A stretch of DNA of 64,000 nt from Atopobium sp. (GCF_034113385.1 NZ_JAXEXL010000014.1:42247-106246), one strand, 5' to 3'; positions 47,401 through 56,807 are shown, numbered from the stretch's first letter. Translations and numbers: made by a program. The notes: generated from the letters alone by a model not told the origin.

Positions 47401-49244
47401 TTGGTTACATCTACAGCAGCAATATAGTAGTCCATAGTACTGCCTGTAGCAGCAAGATCAGATGGCTTAAGCGTTACCGAATATACGCCCTCTTTCTTGG
47501 TTCCCTTTATGAGCTTCATAACGTGCTCGGTATACTGGTTTGAACCCTGCTTAGCAAGGTACAGCGTTACACTCTGGACGCCATTATCGTCAGACACCTG
47601 AGCCTGCACGTCAAAGTTGGCAGAGTTAAACATGCTCTTGAGCGTAGAGTGCTTAATAGTAGGTGCAGATTCATCTTGACCAGGAGCCAAGATCTTGCCA
47701 TTGAGCGTGGCAAACCCATTTTTTGTTACATCTGCTGAGGGATTGTTTTTAGCTTTTTGAGCTGCTTTTATAGCATTGTAGGCATTAACCTTGCCATGAC
47801 CGTACGCATGATTGGGCTTGGTTACATTTTCTGCATCATTGAGCGGCGTTGCCGTTGAGGTAATAATTTGCTCTACTTGGTCTGGCGTAAGCTGAGGATT
47901 TGCCTGGTATACCAAAGCAGCAACACCAGCAACATGCGGGCTTGCCATAGAAGTGCCAGAACGCAAGGCATACAAGTTGTTGGGAATCGAAGACAAAATA
48001 TTAACGCCAGGCGCGCTTACATCAGGCTTGATATCCCCTTCATAGGCAGAAGGTCCCCGTAAAGAGAACTGAGCAACCTTGTTATCTTTGCGAAGCGCAC
48101 CAACTGCAAATGCCTCGGGATAGCTTGCCGGCGTTCCAATGGAACCCTCGCCACCAGCATTTGAGCTGCTCGTATTGCCTGCCGAGAAAACCGGCAAAAT
48201 GCCAACCGCACGCCATTTCTTAAGGATGTCGCGGTAAAACTCATTTTCTGACTTACCGCCCCATGAGCTGTTAATAATCTGAGGACGAAGTTCAGGATGG
48301 GTGGTGCCCTTTTCATCCGTGGGCGCCATCATCCATTCACCTGCTGCAATAAGTCTATCAAGCGTCGTTTCACCATCTGCATCAAAGACTTTAGCCGCAA
48401 TCCACTGAGCCTTAGGAGCTACACCCAGCAACGATTTATTTTGAGGGTCGGTTCCCAAAATGGTGCCCGCCACGTGCGTACCATGACCCGTTGCATCCGT
48501 TGGAAGTGAGCTGCGGTCAGAGGGATTAGTTGCATCAAACCAGCTGGTAGCCTCCATGCCCGGCGTATTACCACGCCATGCGTGCTTAATGGCAGGATGT
48601 GTTGCATCTACACCAGAGTCAATAATTCCAACTACAACACCAGCACCATCCATACCTTCTTGCTGAGCTCTATCTGCCATGATGGTTTTAAGATTCCAAG
48701 GTACATAGGCCTGAGCGTTAAACATATCAAACAAAGAGAAGTGAGAGCGCAAACTCGGCTTAGTAGTCTTGCCATCTACAGGCTTTTGCGTATGCACTTC
48801 TCCGCTCACAATAACCTGAGCAACATCTGGGCGAGCGCGCAACTGATTCGCTACGTCGGATGTGGTTACCACGCTTATGCTGTTGATAATATAAAACGAC
48901 GTATAGGAGTGCACCGCTCCCGCTGTTTGTTTACTATCAAGAAATGCCTTGAGGTCAGCCTGCGTGCGCTGTGCATGCTGTTGCAGGGATGCAATGTATT
49001 GATCGGGCGTTTGACCACTAGCAACACCTGGCGCCGCTTGCTTAAGCGTTACAACATACGTTGCCATTCCCTCTGGCACCGTTGCTTGTTGCGCGTTTTG
49101 GTTTTGAACAACCGTACTTGGTATAGCAGCATATGCCCTCGTTGAGGGCATCATGCATAGTGTTAGGGCAAACAAAAAGCTCGCCACAGCTGCGCACATC
49201 ATGCGCATGCGATGCTTTGAGCTTCCAAGCGAACTTGGCAGCAT
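44472..49244 (-). CDS. Giant cell-surface S8 (subtilisin-family) serine protease with an I9 propeptide, repeated beta-sandwich domains, a Pro-rich stalk and an LPXTG-like sorting signal
   Basis: The signal peptide is MRMMCAAVASFLFALTLCMMPSTRAYA. The catalytic triad contexts are VGIIDSGVD, HGTHVAGTI and SGTSMASPHVAG. The stalk reads PVPDNKPAPDTPPAPDNPSTPDTPLNPD. The C-terminus is LPNTAD, then a hydrophobic stretch, then RKGPYKQK. The ATG at 49244 after GGAG is preferred over the TTG at 49265. Confidence 0.9.
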   Translation of the reverse strand: MLPSSLGSSKHRMRMMCAAVASFLFALTLCMMPSTRAYAAIPSTVVQNQNAQQATVPEGMATYVVTLKQAAPGVASGQTPDQYIASLQQHAQRTQADLKAFLDSKQTAGAVHSYTSFYIINSISVVTTSDVANQLRARPDVAQVIVSGEVHTQKPVDGKTTKPSLRSHFSLFDMFNAQAYVPWNLKTIMADRAQQEGMDGAGVVVGIIDSGVDATHPAIKHAWRGNTPGMEATSWFDATNPSDRSSLPTDATGHGTHVAGTILGTDPQNKSLLGVAPKAQWIAAKVFDADGETTLDRLIAAGEWMMAPTDEKGTTHPELRPQIINSSWGGKSENEFYRDILKKWRAVGILPVFSAGNTSSSNAGGEGSIGTPASYPEAFAVGALRKDNKVAQFSLRGPSAYEGDIKPDVSAPGVNILSSIPNNLYALRSGTSMASPHVAGVAALVYQANPQLTPDQVEQIITSTATPLNDAENVTKPNHAYGHGKVNAYNAIKAAQKAKNNPSADVTKNGFATLNGKILAPGQDESAPTIKHSTLKSMFNSANFDVQAQVSDDNGVQSVTLYLAKQGSNQYTEHVMKLIKGTKKEGVYSVTLKPSDLAATGSTMDYYIAAVDVTNKSSKTTAASCVVKDGIGIGYKNNFEEEVDGFEFGGKTPLWEWGIPQSGPKSAASGSKLVATKLDGTYKGLKDALLITPVIDLSKESRSAVLNFKHWYDLGVGDYAFNDTAEVWVGELQNEGTDAEKYNYKNVQLYKYSSHNKWKDEYIDLSAYKGKKIVVMFALRHGGGFSERTEAGWYIDDLAIEAASNELPATPASNVDIKVRNNYRVSYEFDPLDNPKITQYNLYRSSSPTGDFVKVSSIDKRTAGTYTARLFDEPVPQEGTYYYCATAQIGERESAKSEVKSVTFTKGTRVLSYTFEKGNEGWTSPADAKGAAWTHGTPDSPNPFPDSKVGSMPSPDQAKGKNPNSPHVWATELNTFRKANATYMLVSPTMDLSKLTSARVYMQMWYNTTGRKGVDEWSVYDDDRGKILISADNGNSWEDLFSLDNTTVEGKNINGRNRLKSFWFLDGFDIPQKYLTSTFKMKFELSTGSELDGPTAGGWYIDDVSIFDTAAKNKITPHATAATQDAGDDVSSAPAVPEAAHETHTALALTSTSGTFAPTQKPLVPVEGTVTLKELGIKVASEPGSGWYSLRAPAGTYTAVVEANGYSTKEVPVTLTEDTTTVRDVVLSDVKLASVSLTVTDSSNKPIPTAQVKLYRDHVGDASYAATVAQSTTIEKVYPGSYSVVVSARGYQTATQTITVAEGQKLQLEPIKLALLDTSGDNAQTRTLSYDDGTAESYLTDVKDGKSLGVLVSNNQPLEIKSVRMYLAPQDTAAPNTQKFKVSIYDKNQPDGYPGKVLFGPYEVTAQPTQGWNEVVLPESVQVSGDFVIAYTQVGDEKHGPRMCVDETTPGLGHSYRMSNGAWYDPDEKGSYMMRAVVAPVVALPVPDNKPAPDTPPAPDNPSTPDTPLNPDAQQPSGTGNGGAVEKPNGTVGGNQTAQSGVTGLHKKASTALPNTADSHSRQAMLGVALVAALALGSAFVARKGPYKQK

Positions 49245-49330
49245 GTTTCTCCAATCGTCTAACAATGAACCTATGGATACGGCTACTTCATGTGTGGTGC
49301 AAGGTGGAGCAGGAGATTTGCACGCATATA

Positions 49331-49366
49331 CATCACGTATGACCTGTGCATCACGTATAACCTGTG
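49331..49366. promoter_or_regulatory. 18-bp tandem direct repeat (x2) in the divergent protease/flotillin intergenic region
   Basis: CATCACGTATGACCTGTG is followed directly by CATCACGTATAACCTGTG (one mismatch). A second repeated motif, AAAGTTAG-N-GTAAC, occurs at 49375-49393 and 49408-49426. Confidence 0.4.
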
Positions 49367-49553
49367 AGTTACATAAAGTTAGCCGTAGTTAACATATGTA
49401 TAGTATCAAAGTTAGACGATGGTAACTTTGTCTTTCTTGAACAGTCATCTATGACAGAATCGTGGTGAACACTAACTCATATCCCCCAAGATATACCTAG
49501 AATATAATTTGTAATGTCGTTATTGGTTTGCTTAAAGAAAAGGTGAGTTGGTA

Positions 49554-51176
49554 ATGGCAGACCTTATGTTTTGGGGGCCCGCTCTCCCCGTTGTTGCGGC
49601 AATTATTATTCTCATTGTAATTCTCTCTCAAGGATATATAAAAGCGCCGCCTGACCAGGTATATATTATTTCTGGCAGTAGTAAGAAGCCTCGCTATTTA
49701 ATTGGTAAGGCTGGCATCCGCATTCCCTTTTTTGAGCGTTTGGACAAGCTATCGCTCAAAATGCTGTCGGTGGACGTAAATACCACCAAGACCATTCCCA
49801 CCAAGGACTACATCAATATAATGGTAGACTCGGTGGCAGTCATTAAGATTTCCAACACAGATGACGGATTGGCAAAGGCTGCCGAGAACTTCCTGAATCG
49901 CGATTCTGAATACATTAATGTCATGGTAAGTAGCGTGCTGGAAGGCAACCTGCGTGAGATTATTGGTGGCATGAAGCTCACCGAGATTATGAATGATCGC
50001 AAAGCCTTTGCTGCACTGGTGCAAGACAACGCCTCCACCGATATGAGCAACATGGGATTGGAAATTGTCTCGTTTAACATTCAGAATATCGATGACGATG
50101 GCCTTGGTGTTATTGAAAACCTTGGTATTGCTAACACGGTAAGCATCCGTAAAGAGGCAGAAATCTCTCGTGCTAATGCCGAGAAGGAAATTGCTGTTGC
50201 ACAGGCAAATGCCAATAAGGTTGCCAATGATGCACGCATTGTGTCCGAGACTGCCATTGCCGAACAAAACAATGCGCTTGCGCTTAAACAAGCTGCACTC
50301 AAGGCAGAAGCAGACACGGAAACCGCCAAAGCAGACGCCGCCATGTCTATTGAGGCTCAACGCCAGCAAAAGGCCATCAATACCGAACAAGTAAACGCCG
50401 AAATTGCCAAGGCAGATCGCGAAGCAGAGCTCAAGATGAAGGAAGTTGCAGTTAAGGAGCAAGAGCTTGCTGCATCCATCCGTAAACAAGCAGATGCTGA
50501 ACGCTATGCAGCGGAGCAAAAAGCCCAAGCAGATTTAGTAACCAAGCAAAAGCAGTCCGAAGCAGAGTTGTACGCTGCTCGTAAACAAGCTGAAGGCATT
50601 AAGGCTCGCGGTGAAGCAGAGGCAGAGGCAGCGCGCGCCAAGGGCATTGCAGAAGCAGAAGCTATGGACAAGAAAGCCGAGGCTCTTAAGAAATATGGCC
50701 AGGCAGCACTTGCCCAGCAGATTATTAACGTCCTGCCCGATATCATTGCCGCTGCCGCTAAACCCATTGAGGGCATCGACTCCATCAATATCTACTCTGC
50801 AACTGGTGGCACAGCTGGTACCGGCGCTGATAGCTCTGACGGGGCAGGTGCTCCTACATCGAGTATCTCGGCAATTGCACCACAGTCCATTAAAGCAGCG
50901 TTTGACATGGTCAAAAGCGTAACAGGCGTGGATTTGAGTGACGTTATGCGCGCCGAGACCTACGATGCCAAAGTCAACAAGCACTTTACCATCAACGCAG
51001 ATGCTGCCAGCCAAAAGACCCTTGCCAATGCTGTCGAGAAAATCGTTGGTGAAAGCAACACGTCAAAGGTGGACACACAGGTAGATAACGCACAAGTAGA
51101 TACAGACACCTCTGCATCCCATACCTCTAGCGCACAAGGCAACGCAAGCGGCACTCCTACCGATAAGAACTCATAA
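49554..51176 (+). CDS. Flotillin-like SPFH/Band-7 protein (FloT/YqiK-like)
   Basis: An N-terminal membrane hairpin is followed by an SPFH domain, a long Ala/Glu/Lys-rich coiled coil (AEAEAARAKGIAEAEAMDKKAEALKKYGQAA) and a low-complexity tail. The ATG at 49554 follows AAAGGTGAG. Confidence 0.85.
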   Translation: MADLMFWGPALPVVAAIIILIVILSQGYIKAPPDQVYIISGSSKKPRYLIGKAGIRIPFFERLDKLSLKMLSVDVNTTKTIPTKDYINIMVDSVAVIKISNTDDGLAKAAENFLNRDSEYINVMVSSVLEGNLREIIGGMKLTEIMNDRKAFAALVQDNASTDMSNMGLEIVSFNIQNIDDDGLGVIENLGIANTVSIRKEAEISRANAEKEIAVAQANANKVANDARIVSETAIAEQNNALALKQAALKAEADTETAKADAAMSIEAQRQQKAINTEQVNAEIAKADREAELKMKEVAVKEQELAASIRKQADAERYAAEQKAQADLVTKQKQSEAELYAARKQAEGIKARGEAEAEAARAKGIAEAEAMDKKAEALKKYGQAALAQQIINVLPDIIAAAAKPIEGIDSINIYSATGGTAGTGADSSDGAGAPTSSISAIAPQSIKAAFDMVKSVTGVDLSDVMRAETYDAKVNKHFTINADAASQKTLANAVEKIVGESNTSKVDTQVDNAQVDTDTSASHTSSAQGNASGTPTDKNS

Positions 51177-51218
51177 CTCAAACGGCAGTGCGTGCCACAT
51201 CATAAGAATCAAACACAG

Positions 51219-51247
51219 CAAGGGTCTAGCCAAAAGCTAGACCCTTG
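51219..51247. terminator. Bidirectional hairpin between the convergent flotillin and membrane-protein genes
   Basis: CAAGGGTCTAGC CAAAA GCTAGACCCTTG has 12-bp arms. Confidence 0.6.
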
Positions 51248-51254
51248 TAATAGT

Positions 51255-51725
51255 TTAGTCTGTCTCATTATCTTTGCTGTTCTTCTTATGCTCCTTAAGG
51301 GCACGCCTCATAAGCAGCTCAGCAACACAAACGAGAAATACAACCAAGGGTATACCGAGCATAACAATTACTGGCAGTAACTGCCAAACAACTTGTAGGA
51401 CAATCCCGCGTTTATCTGCCCAAGTATAACCCCAACTTCCCTGAATAATGACATTAGCAAAAAAGACTGTGTTACAAAACCATGCTGCAAAATTATTGCT
51501 GTCTGAAATTAACCACATGTAATGAGAAAAAAGAAAGATGCCAACAAAATACAGTGGAGCAAACAGCAATACTGCTCGTATTACCTGCCTGCTTACGCGT
51601 TCATAGAGCTCTTCTTTTTCTTGATTTGATACAGCTCGCAAAGAAACGCTTTTCTTTTCATGCTGGTGCATGCGATACACCACATAGCGATAGATGAAAC
51701 TCTTTTTTATCTGTTCAAGCTTCAT
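51255..51725 (-). CDS. Hypothetical integral membrane protein
   Basis: 156 aa with about 4 hydrophobic segments. No family was recognised. Confidence 0.55.
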   Translation of the reverse strand: MKLEQIKKSFIYRYVVYRMHQHEKKSVSLRAVSNQEKEELYERVSRQVIRAVLLFAPLYFVGIFLFSHYMWLISDSNNFAAWFCNTVFFANVIIQGSWGYTWADKRGIVLQVVWQLLPVIVMLGIPLVVFLVCVAELLMRRALKEHKKNSKDNETD

Positions 51726-51902
51726 GAGCCAACCTTTAAATCGTTTGTATTGTGCTTATATATAATTCTGTTACAACAATGCATCACTGGCAACTCCCGT
51801 TATATTTTGCTTACTTTCAGATTAAACACAGTTGTAAGGCGTTACGACGCACCTAGCAAGCACATGGGAGAGCTCATCAAAATACAGTAAAATATAGTGT
51901 CG

Positions 51903-51932
51903 TAACAATACGTGTTCTAGCACGTATTGTTA
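51903..51932 (+). promoter_or_regulatory. Perfect 12-bp-arm inverted repeat upstream of the DUF2339 gene
   Basis: TAACAATACGTG TTCTAG CACGTATTGTTA lies about 43 bp upstream of the ATG at 51975. Confidence 0.4.
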
Positions 51933-51974
51933 GCCGCAGACGTCTTAAGGCCTACTTGTAAAGGTGGCATAGCA

Positions 51975-54632
51975 ATGTTGTTTGGTCTGTTTCCTTCTTT
52001 TTTTGAGCTGTTGCTCATAGGATTTATAATCTACAGCGCTGTTTCTATCTCTAAGCTGAAAAAAAGAGTACAGCAGCTTGATTCCAAACTGCACAGGTAT
52101 ATACCAGAAGAACAACCGTTGCCTTCATCTGATGCCAAGGCTGTGGTTATGCCCCCAATTAAACCATCGCAAACGCTTACTGCACCCACGCAAGCACCTG
52201 CTGCGCCACCCCGCCCAATGGGTGCACCTCCCATGCCCACTGGAGCAGCAGCTTACACCTCCAGCCAAGACAGCGCTCTGCCTACAACACCTGCGGCACC
52301 TGCAAGGCCAACTGCTCAGATGCCAGTACCTGTGCCCACGTCTGTATCAGCGTCTACATCGGAGGTGCCCTCTGACTTTGAGCCTTCTCTTAACACGGAT
52401 TCCTCATCCCTTGAGAAATTGGTAGGCCAGAATATCTTTGGTTTTGTTGCTGCTGGGCTAGTTTTTATCGGCCTGATACTCCTTGGCATACTTGTTGCTC
52501 CCTATTTGGGCGACATCATCCGTTGTGCCCTTATGTACCTTTTGAGTGCCGCATTTTTGACTGTTGGCTTTATCGTTGCAAAACGCCAACTATCCGCTGA
52601 TACAATTCCTTTTGAGACAGAATGGATTACCCTGCCAACCGTAAGACCCATGCTCTCATCAATTCTGTTGGGAACAGGGGCAGGCGGATTCTTTATTTCA
52701 TTCCTTATAACACGCCTTTATTTTGGATACCTTGATGACCTTGGCGTTCTAGCGCTGCTTTTGCTATGGGCTGCCTCATGCATGTATTTAGTAAAACGTT
52801 TTGATTCCATAGTGCTGGCAGTTGTAGCTCACGTAGGCATGGTTATCTCGGTATGTTTTGCTTATACCTTTGGTTTTAATGACACCAGCATCTTTATTGT
52901 TATGGTGTATCAGCTGCTTGCTTGTCTTATTGTTGTAGGCGGAAGCCTCATGAGCATGAGAAAAGCATACAGCGCAGGATTGCTTGTATCACTCTTTCTA
53001 ACCTTGGTAGCAAGCCATTATCTGTGGCAGCATTTTACTGCGGATAACCTCTACTCCTCGAGCCTACTCTGGCTTGTTATTCCCGATTATGCTACGGGGT
53101 TTTACTCAAAACTTTCTAACATGTACATTACTCTGATATTCTTTATCCAATTTGCTACTGCGTCGTTCATTCTTTTCCTGCTCAGAAAAGCGTTGATGCA
53201 AGATCAAAGGTCTTCTCAACACACTATGAGTATGGCAGCTCATGTAGTAGGAGAGTTTTTATGGCTCTATGCACTGTTTATTAATGTGTATAAGGTTCTT
53301 CCAAACCTTTTCCTTTATTTGACGCATCCAAACTTTAGAACATCAGATAATTCTCTTTTCAATCACGTTATACGAGAAACTCTTCACTGGGGAGCAGATG
53401 CCACCATTGGTGTATGTATTCTTATACTGATACTTCATGCAGGAATTATTGTCTATTCCGTTAGAAAACAGCGTTTTGATGCAGCTTTAGGCAAAATATC
53501 GGTTATCGCCGCATCATATGTTGCAGCAATTTTCTTGCTCATAAACGCTCCCCACTTTATCTGGGTACCCTACGTTCCTCAAATTTCTGGCTTGCTATTT
53601 GTAACTCTTGCACTGTATGCCCTTTCGCATGTGCAACATGATAAGGCCTACGCCGTTGCTGGCCACATAATTTTAGGTATTGAGGCACTCTATTTGCTGT
53701 GCTGGGGCTACCTGCAGCCTATTTCATCATATGGCGTAGCTGGGGCTCTTGCTCTTTTGGTGGCCACAAGTGCTCCGCTTATATGGTGGAGCCGTTATGG
53801 CTACGGTGTTAATGCTGAAGCACAACGAGTCCCCGTGTTGCTGAGCATACTAGTGTTCTTTGAACTGTCTATGGCAGTCATTCCTTTTGCTGCGGATCTT
53901 CCCGCTGAACACGTGGCACTTTTTAGATTAGCCCAACTCATGGGGCTATTTGTGTTCTTCCCAGGTCTTCCTCGCACAGCATGTACGGGCATGTCTTTCT
54001 TGCAGGCGCAAGAGAAGTCCATTTGTTCCCGTGGTTGGATTGTGGCAGCACAAGTTAATGAGGTTGTACTTCTCTTGAACTTTATAAACCACATCTCGGG
54101 AACTACTGATGTGCCTATCCCTGCAAGAAATGTATTTGTCACTACCCTATGCCTTGTATATGCTGCGCTGATACTTGCTCTCATTGTGGCTCGCGTATGG
54201 GAATATGCACAGCATCCCACCTATGCCTCCGCACCGGTCCAGGTTGTATGGGCAATTTTATTTACACTTTTGTGCCCAGCAATTTTAAACCGCTTGGGCA
54301 TTCTGGGGGAACTTGGTTATGCGGCAAGTTTGGTTTATATGACCTGCGCGTTTATTTGCATAGTCATAGGCTTTAAATTGAACTTCCGACCAATGCGCCT
54401 TTATGGCTTGATTGTAATGATGCTTTGCGTACTCAAGATGGTGCTTTTTGACTTTGGCGATGGCTCTACCATCTCACGCGTTGTTGCATTTATCATTGGT
54501 GGTATTTTATGCTTTGCGATAAGTTTCTTGTACAACTATGCCGCAAAGAAGCTTGCTCCTATCCCTCAGATTAAGAATACCCCCACAGCCGAGAATACCG
54601 ATGTCGATAAAAACGTCAACGTCGAGTCATAA
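51975..54632 (+). CDS. DUF2339-like polytopic membrane protein
   Basis: An N-terminal TM is followed by a KLKKRVQQLDSKL helix, a Pro/Ala-rich linker (APTQAPAAPPRPMGAPPMPTGAA) and then about 20 TM segments. The ATG at 51975 follows AAGGTGG. Confidence 0.75.
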   Translation: MLFGLFPSFFELLLIGFIIYSAVSISKLKKRVQQLDSKLHRYIPEEQPLPSSDAKAVVMPPIKPSQTLTAPTQAPAAPPRPMGAPPMPTGAAAYTSSQDSALPTTPAAPARPTAQMPVPVPTSVSASTSEVPSDFEPSLNTDSSSLEKLVGQNIFGFVAAGLVFIGLILLGILVAPYLGDIIRCALMYLLSAAFLTVGFIVAKRQLSADTIPFETEWITLPTVRPMLSSILLGTGAGGFFISFLITRLYFGYLDDLGVLALLLLWAASCMYLVKRFDSIVLAVVAHVGMVISVCFAYTFGFNDTSIFIVMVYQLLACLIVVGGSLMSMRKAYSAGLLVSLFLTLVASHYLWQHFTADNLYSSSLLWLVIPDYATGFYSKLSNMYITLIFFIQFATASFILFLLRKALMQDQRSSQHTMSMAAHVVGEFLWLYALFINVYKVLPNLFLYLTHPNFRTSDNSLFNHVIRETLHWGADATIGVCILILILHAGIIVYSVRKQRFDAALGKISVIAASYVAAIFLLINAPHFIWVPYVPQISGLLFVTLALYALSHVQHDKAYAVAGHIILGIEALYLLCWGYLQPISSYGVAGALALLVATSAPLIWWSRYGYGVNAEAQRVPVLLSILVFFELSMAVIPFAADLPAEHVALFRLAQLMGLFVFFPGLPRTACTGMSFLQAQEKSICSRGWIVAAQVNEVVLLLNFINHISGTTDVPIPARNVFVTTLCLVYAALILALIVARVWEYAQHPTYASAPVQVVWAILFTLLCPAILNRLGILGELGYAASLVYMTCAFICIVIGFKLNFRPMRLYGLIVMMLCVLKMVLFDFGDGSTISRVVAFIIGGILCFAISFLYNYAAKKLAPIPQIKNTPTAENTDVDKNVNVES

Positions 54633-54870
54633 AGTTGTATATAAGAGTAAGCAAGCCAAAAAATATGCACGCAAATCCAATGGGTATTAAAAAGAAGTTC
54701 TCGTGCAAGATTCCATGTGCATCAATATACTCAACGGACATGCCTTTAATGACTAAAAGCAGCATGCCTATGCATACCAAACCAACACCTATTATGAAGA
54801 TGGGCGTGGTACGTGTTGCGTTTCTTGCTTTCTTATTGGTTTGAATTGGCTGCTTTGTTGTGGGGTTCAT
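54616..54870 (-). CDS. Small two-TM membrane protein
   Basis: 84 aa with two hydrophobic helices. The 3' end overlaps the DUF2339 gene by 17 nt in convergent orientation. Confidence 0.5.
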   Translation of the reverse strand: MNPTTKQPIQTNKKARNATRTTPIFIIGVGLVCIGMLLLVIKGMSVEYIDAHGILHENFFLIPIGFACIFFGLLTLIYNFMTRR

Positions 54871-55054
54871 AGAGACATCCTCGTTACACTAGGACTAGTT
54901 AGGTTCGGCGGCACGCTTACAAATACCGCATGCGTGAAACAAGCTTAACAAAAAGCGAACCAACGGGCGCCGTTGAACACAGCGTCGTTGGTTCACTTAT
55001 GTGCTACCTATCATGTGATGCACAGGTCATACATCGCATTTGTGCCCTGAGTAG

Positions 55055-56041
55055 TTACACAGTTGTAGGCATAGCCTCTTGTTTCTTGGCAACATGCTCG
55101 GCAACATACCCGGTAATGAGCGGCGTAAGAATTGCCGTCACAATAACACAGGCAGCAACCTGTGCATTTGCGGTTGCAAGAACTGCACCACCATATACAG
55201 CAGGGCTCACTTCAGCCATAGCAGCAGGTGTAAGAGCATTTGCCCCAGCACAGCTGGAAATACCAACACCTGCAACACCTGTACCGCCTGTTGCTCGATC
55301 AACAAAGAAGTTAATAAGACCGCCAAGGCACGAGCAAATAACACCCAGCAAAATACCAGATGGACCAGCAGCGATAAGGGCATCAAACTTCATGCCGCAG
55401 CCCATTGCAAAGAAGGTCATAACAATGATTGCAGGAAGCGCTGTGGTAAGCATTTTTTTCATGCTTGGGAAGAAGTTGCCCAGCACAATACCAATAATAA
55501 TTGGTAAAACAGCCCCCAGTAATGACCAGCCCAAAGGAGCCTGACCAGCTGCACCAAGGGTAATCATGGTTACTGGAGGACCAACTACCAGCGTAGTAAT
55601 GGCAACAGCACCCTGCTCATACTCATTGCCGTAATCTGCCATAAGACCGGAGTACATGGCATTATTTGCGCCAGAACACGCTGCAAGAATAACCATTGCA
55701 GACAGGCCAAAGAAGTTGTCATGAAGCAAAAACAGTACGGCAAGGCCTAATGCAACGCAGAAAATTACCTTGGAGATAATAATGATGGCACCACGAAGAG
55801 CTGCCTTAGGAGCACTTTTAAATGAAATAGTTGCACCCACGCAAAGCATAAAAGCACCCACAAGCGCGGCGGTACCCTTATTGGTCATAGCCAAGGTAAA
55901 ACTACCCAGTGTAGGGAATACATCTGGGAAAAATGTATTCATCGTAACGCCAAGCAGTAAGGGTACGAGGATATTTGCGCCTGGAATGTGACCCAGAGCT
56001 TTAAAGGGATGCTGGATGGAAAGTGGTTCTTTTTCTGCCAT
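55055..56041 (-). CDS. kdgT: 2-keto-3-deoxygluconate permease family transporter
   Basis: Similarity to KdgT runs the full length as recalled from B. subtilis. Matching segments include IPGANILVPLLLG..NTF, LVGAFMLCVGATISFK, GNEYEQGAVAI, VDRATGGTGVAG and TAILTPLITGYVAEHVAKKQ. Confidence 0.8.
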   Translation of the reverse strand: MAEKEPLSIQHPFKALGHIPGANILVPLLLGVTMNTFFPDVFPTLGSFTLAMTNKGTAALVGAFMLCVGATISFKSAPKAALRGAIIIISKVIFCVALGLAVLFLLHDNFFGLSAMVILAACSGANNAMYSGLMADYGNEYEQGAVAITTLVVGPPVTMITLGAAGQAPLGWSLLGAVLPIIIGIVLGNFFPSMKKMLTTALPAIIVMTFFAMGCGMKFDALIAAGPSGILLGVICSCLGGLINFFVDRATGGTGVAGVGISSCAGANALTPAAMAEVSPAVYGGAVLATANAQVAACVIVTAILTPLITGYVAEHVAKKQEAMPTTV

Positions 56042-56051
56042 GAAGCTCCAC

Positions 56052-56807
56052 CTAGTCCATTACAATGCCGCCGTCGCAATCGCCAATTTCACCATTGACG
56101 AAGCTTGCAGCGTCGGATGCAAAGAACAAAATCATCTGAGCAGGCTCAGATGGCTGAGCAGGACGACCCAAAGGAATGATGCTAATAACCTTGTTGTACT
56201 TCTCGGGATCATTAGAGAGTGCGGTGGTCATACCCGTAATGGTAAAAGAGGGGCATACGGCATTACAAGAAATACCATACTTGCCGCCCTCCTTGGCAAT
56301 GGCCTTGGTAAAGCCGTTAACGCCAGCCTTGGAAGCAGCATACGCAACCGTACCAAGCAGGCCGCCACCAATTTTACCTGCAACAGAGGAAACGTTTACA
56401 ATACGTGCGCCACCACGGTCAATGAAGTGCTGCCACAAAGCGTGGGTGAGGTTGTAAGTACCCGTAAGATTGGTGTTGATGGTCTTTGCCCACTCCTCGT
56501 CATCTACCTCTGCAAAAGGAACGGTGCTTACACGACCGGCGCAGTTGATAAGGACGTTAACGTCGCCGCACTCCTCTAGGATGCGCGCAACGGTCTTCTT
56601 TACGGCATCAGCATCAGAAATGTCCATAAAGTAGAAGTAGTTGCCCTCGCCAAGATCATTGACAAATTTCTGACCCACTTCCTCTTTGTCAAACGAGCAC
56701 ACTACAACATGCCCGCCGCCAGCAACAACGCCCTTGGAAATCTCTGCACCAATGCCAGAATTACCACCGGTGACAAGTACCAGTTTGTCTGTAAAATCGA
56801 ATGCCAT
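56052..56807 (-). CDS. SDR family oxidoreductase
   Basis: The cofactor motif TGGNSGIG, NCAG and the catalytic YAASK are present. The ATG at 56807 follows GGAGGAGAAG. The gene lies immediately upstream of kdgT. Confidence 0.85.
   Translation of the reverse strand: MAFDFTDKLVLVTGGNSGIGAEISKGVVAGGGHVVVCSFDKEEVGQKFVNDLGEGNYFYFMDISDADAVKKTVARILEECGDVNVLINCAGRVSTVPFAEVDDEEWAKTINTNLTGTYNLTHALWQHFIDRGGARIVNVSSVAGKIGGGLLGTVAYAASKAGVNGFTKAIAKEGGKYGISCNAVCPSFTITGMTTALSNDPEKYNKVISIIPLGRPAQPSEPAQMILFFASDAASFVNGEIGDCDGGIVMD

Noticed and set aside
49749-50528. 259-aa minus-strand ORF, plus nested ORFs at 50081-50344 and 50504-51014
   Set aside because: These are antisense or out-of-frame to the flotillin coiled-coil region. 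The repetitive GCA/GAA-rich DNA keeps several frames open.
54930-55544. 204-aa plus-strand ORF
   Set aside because: It is antisense to the kdgT permease gene, which has full-length family similarity.
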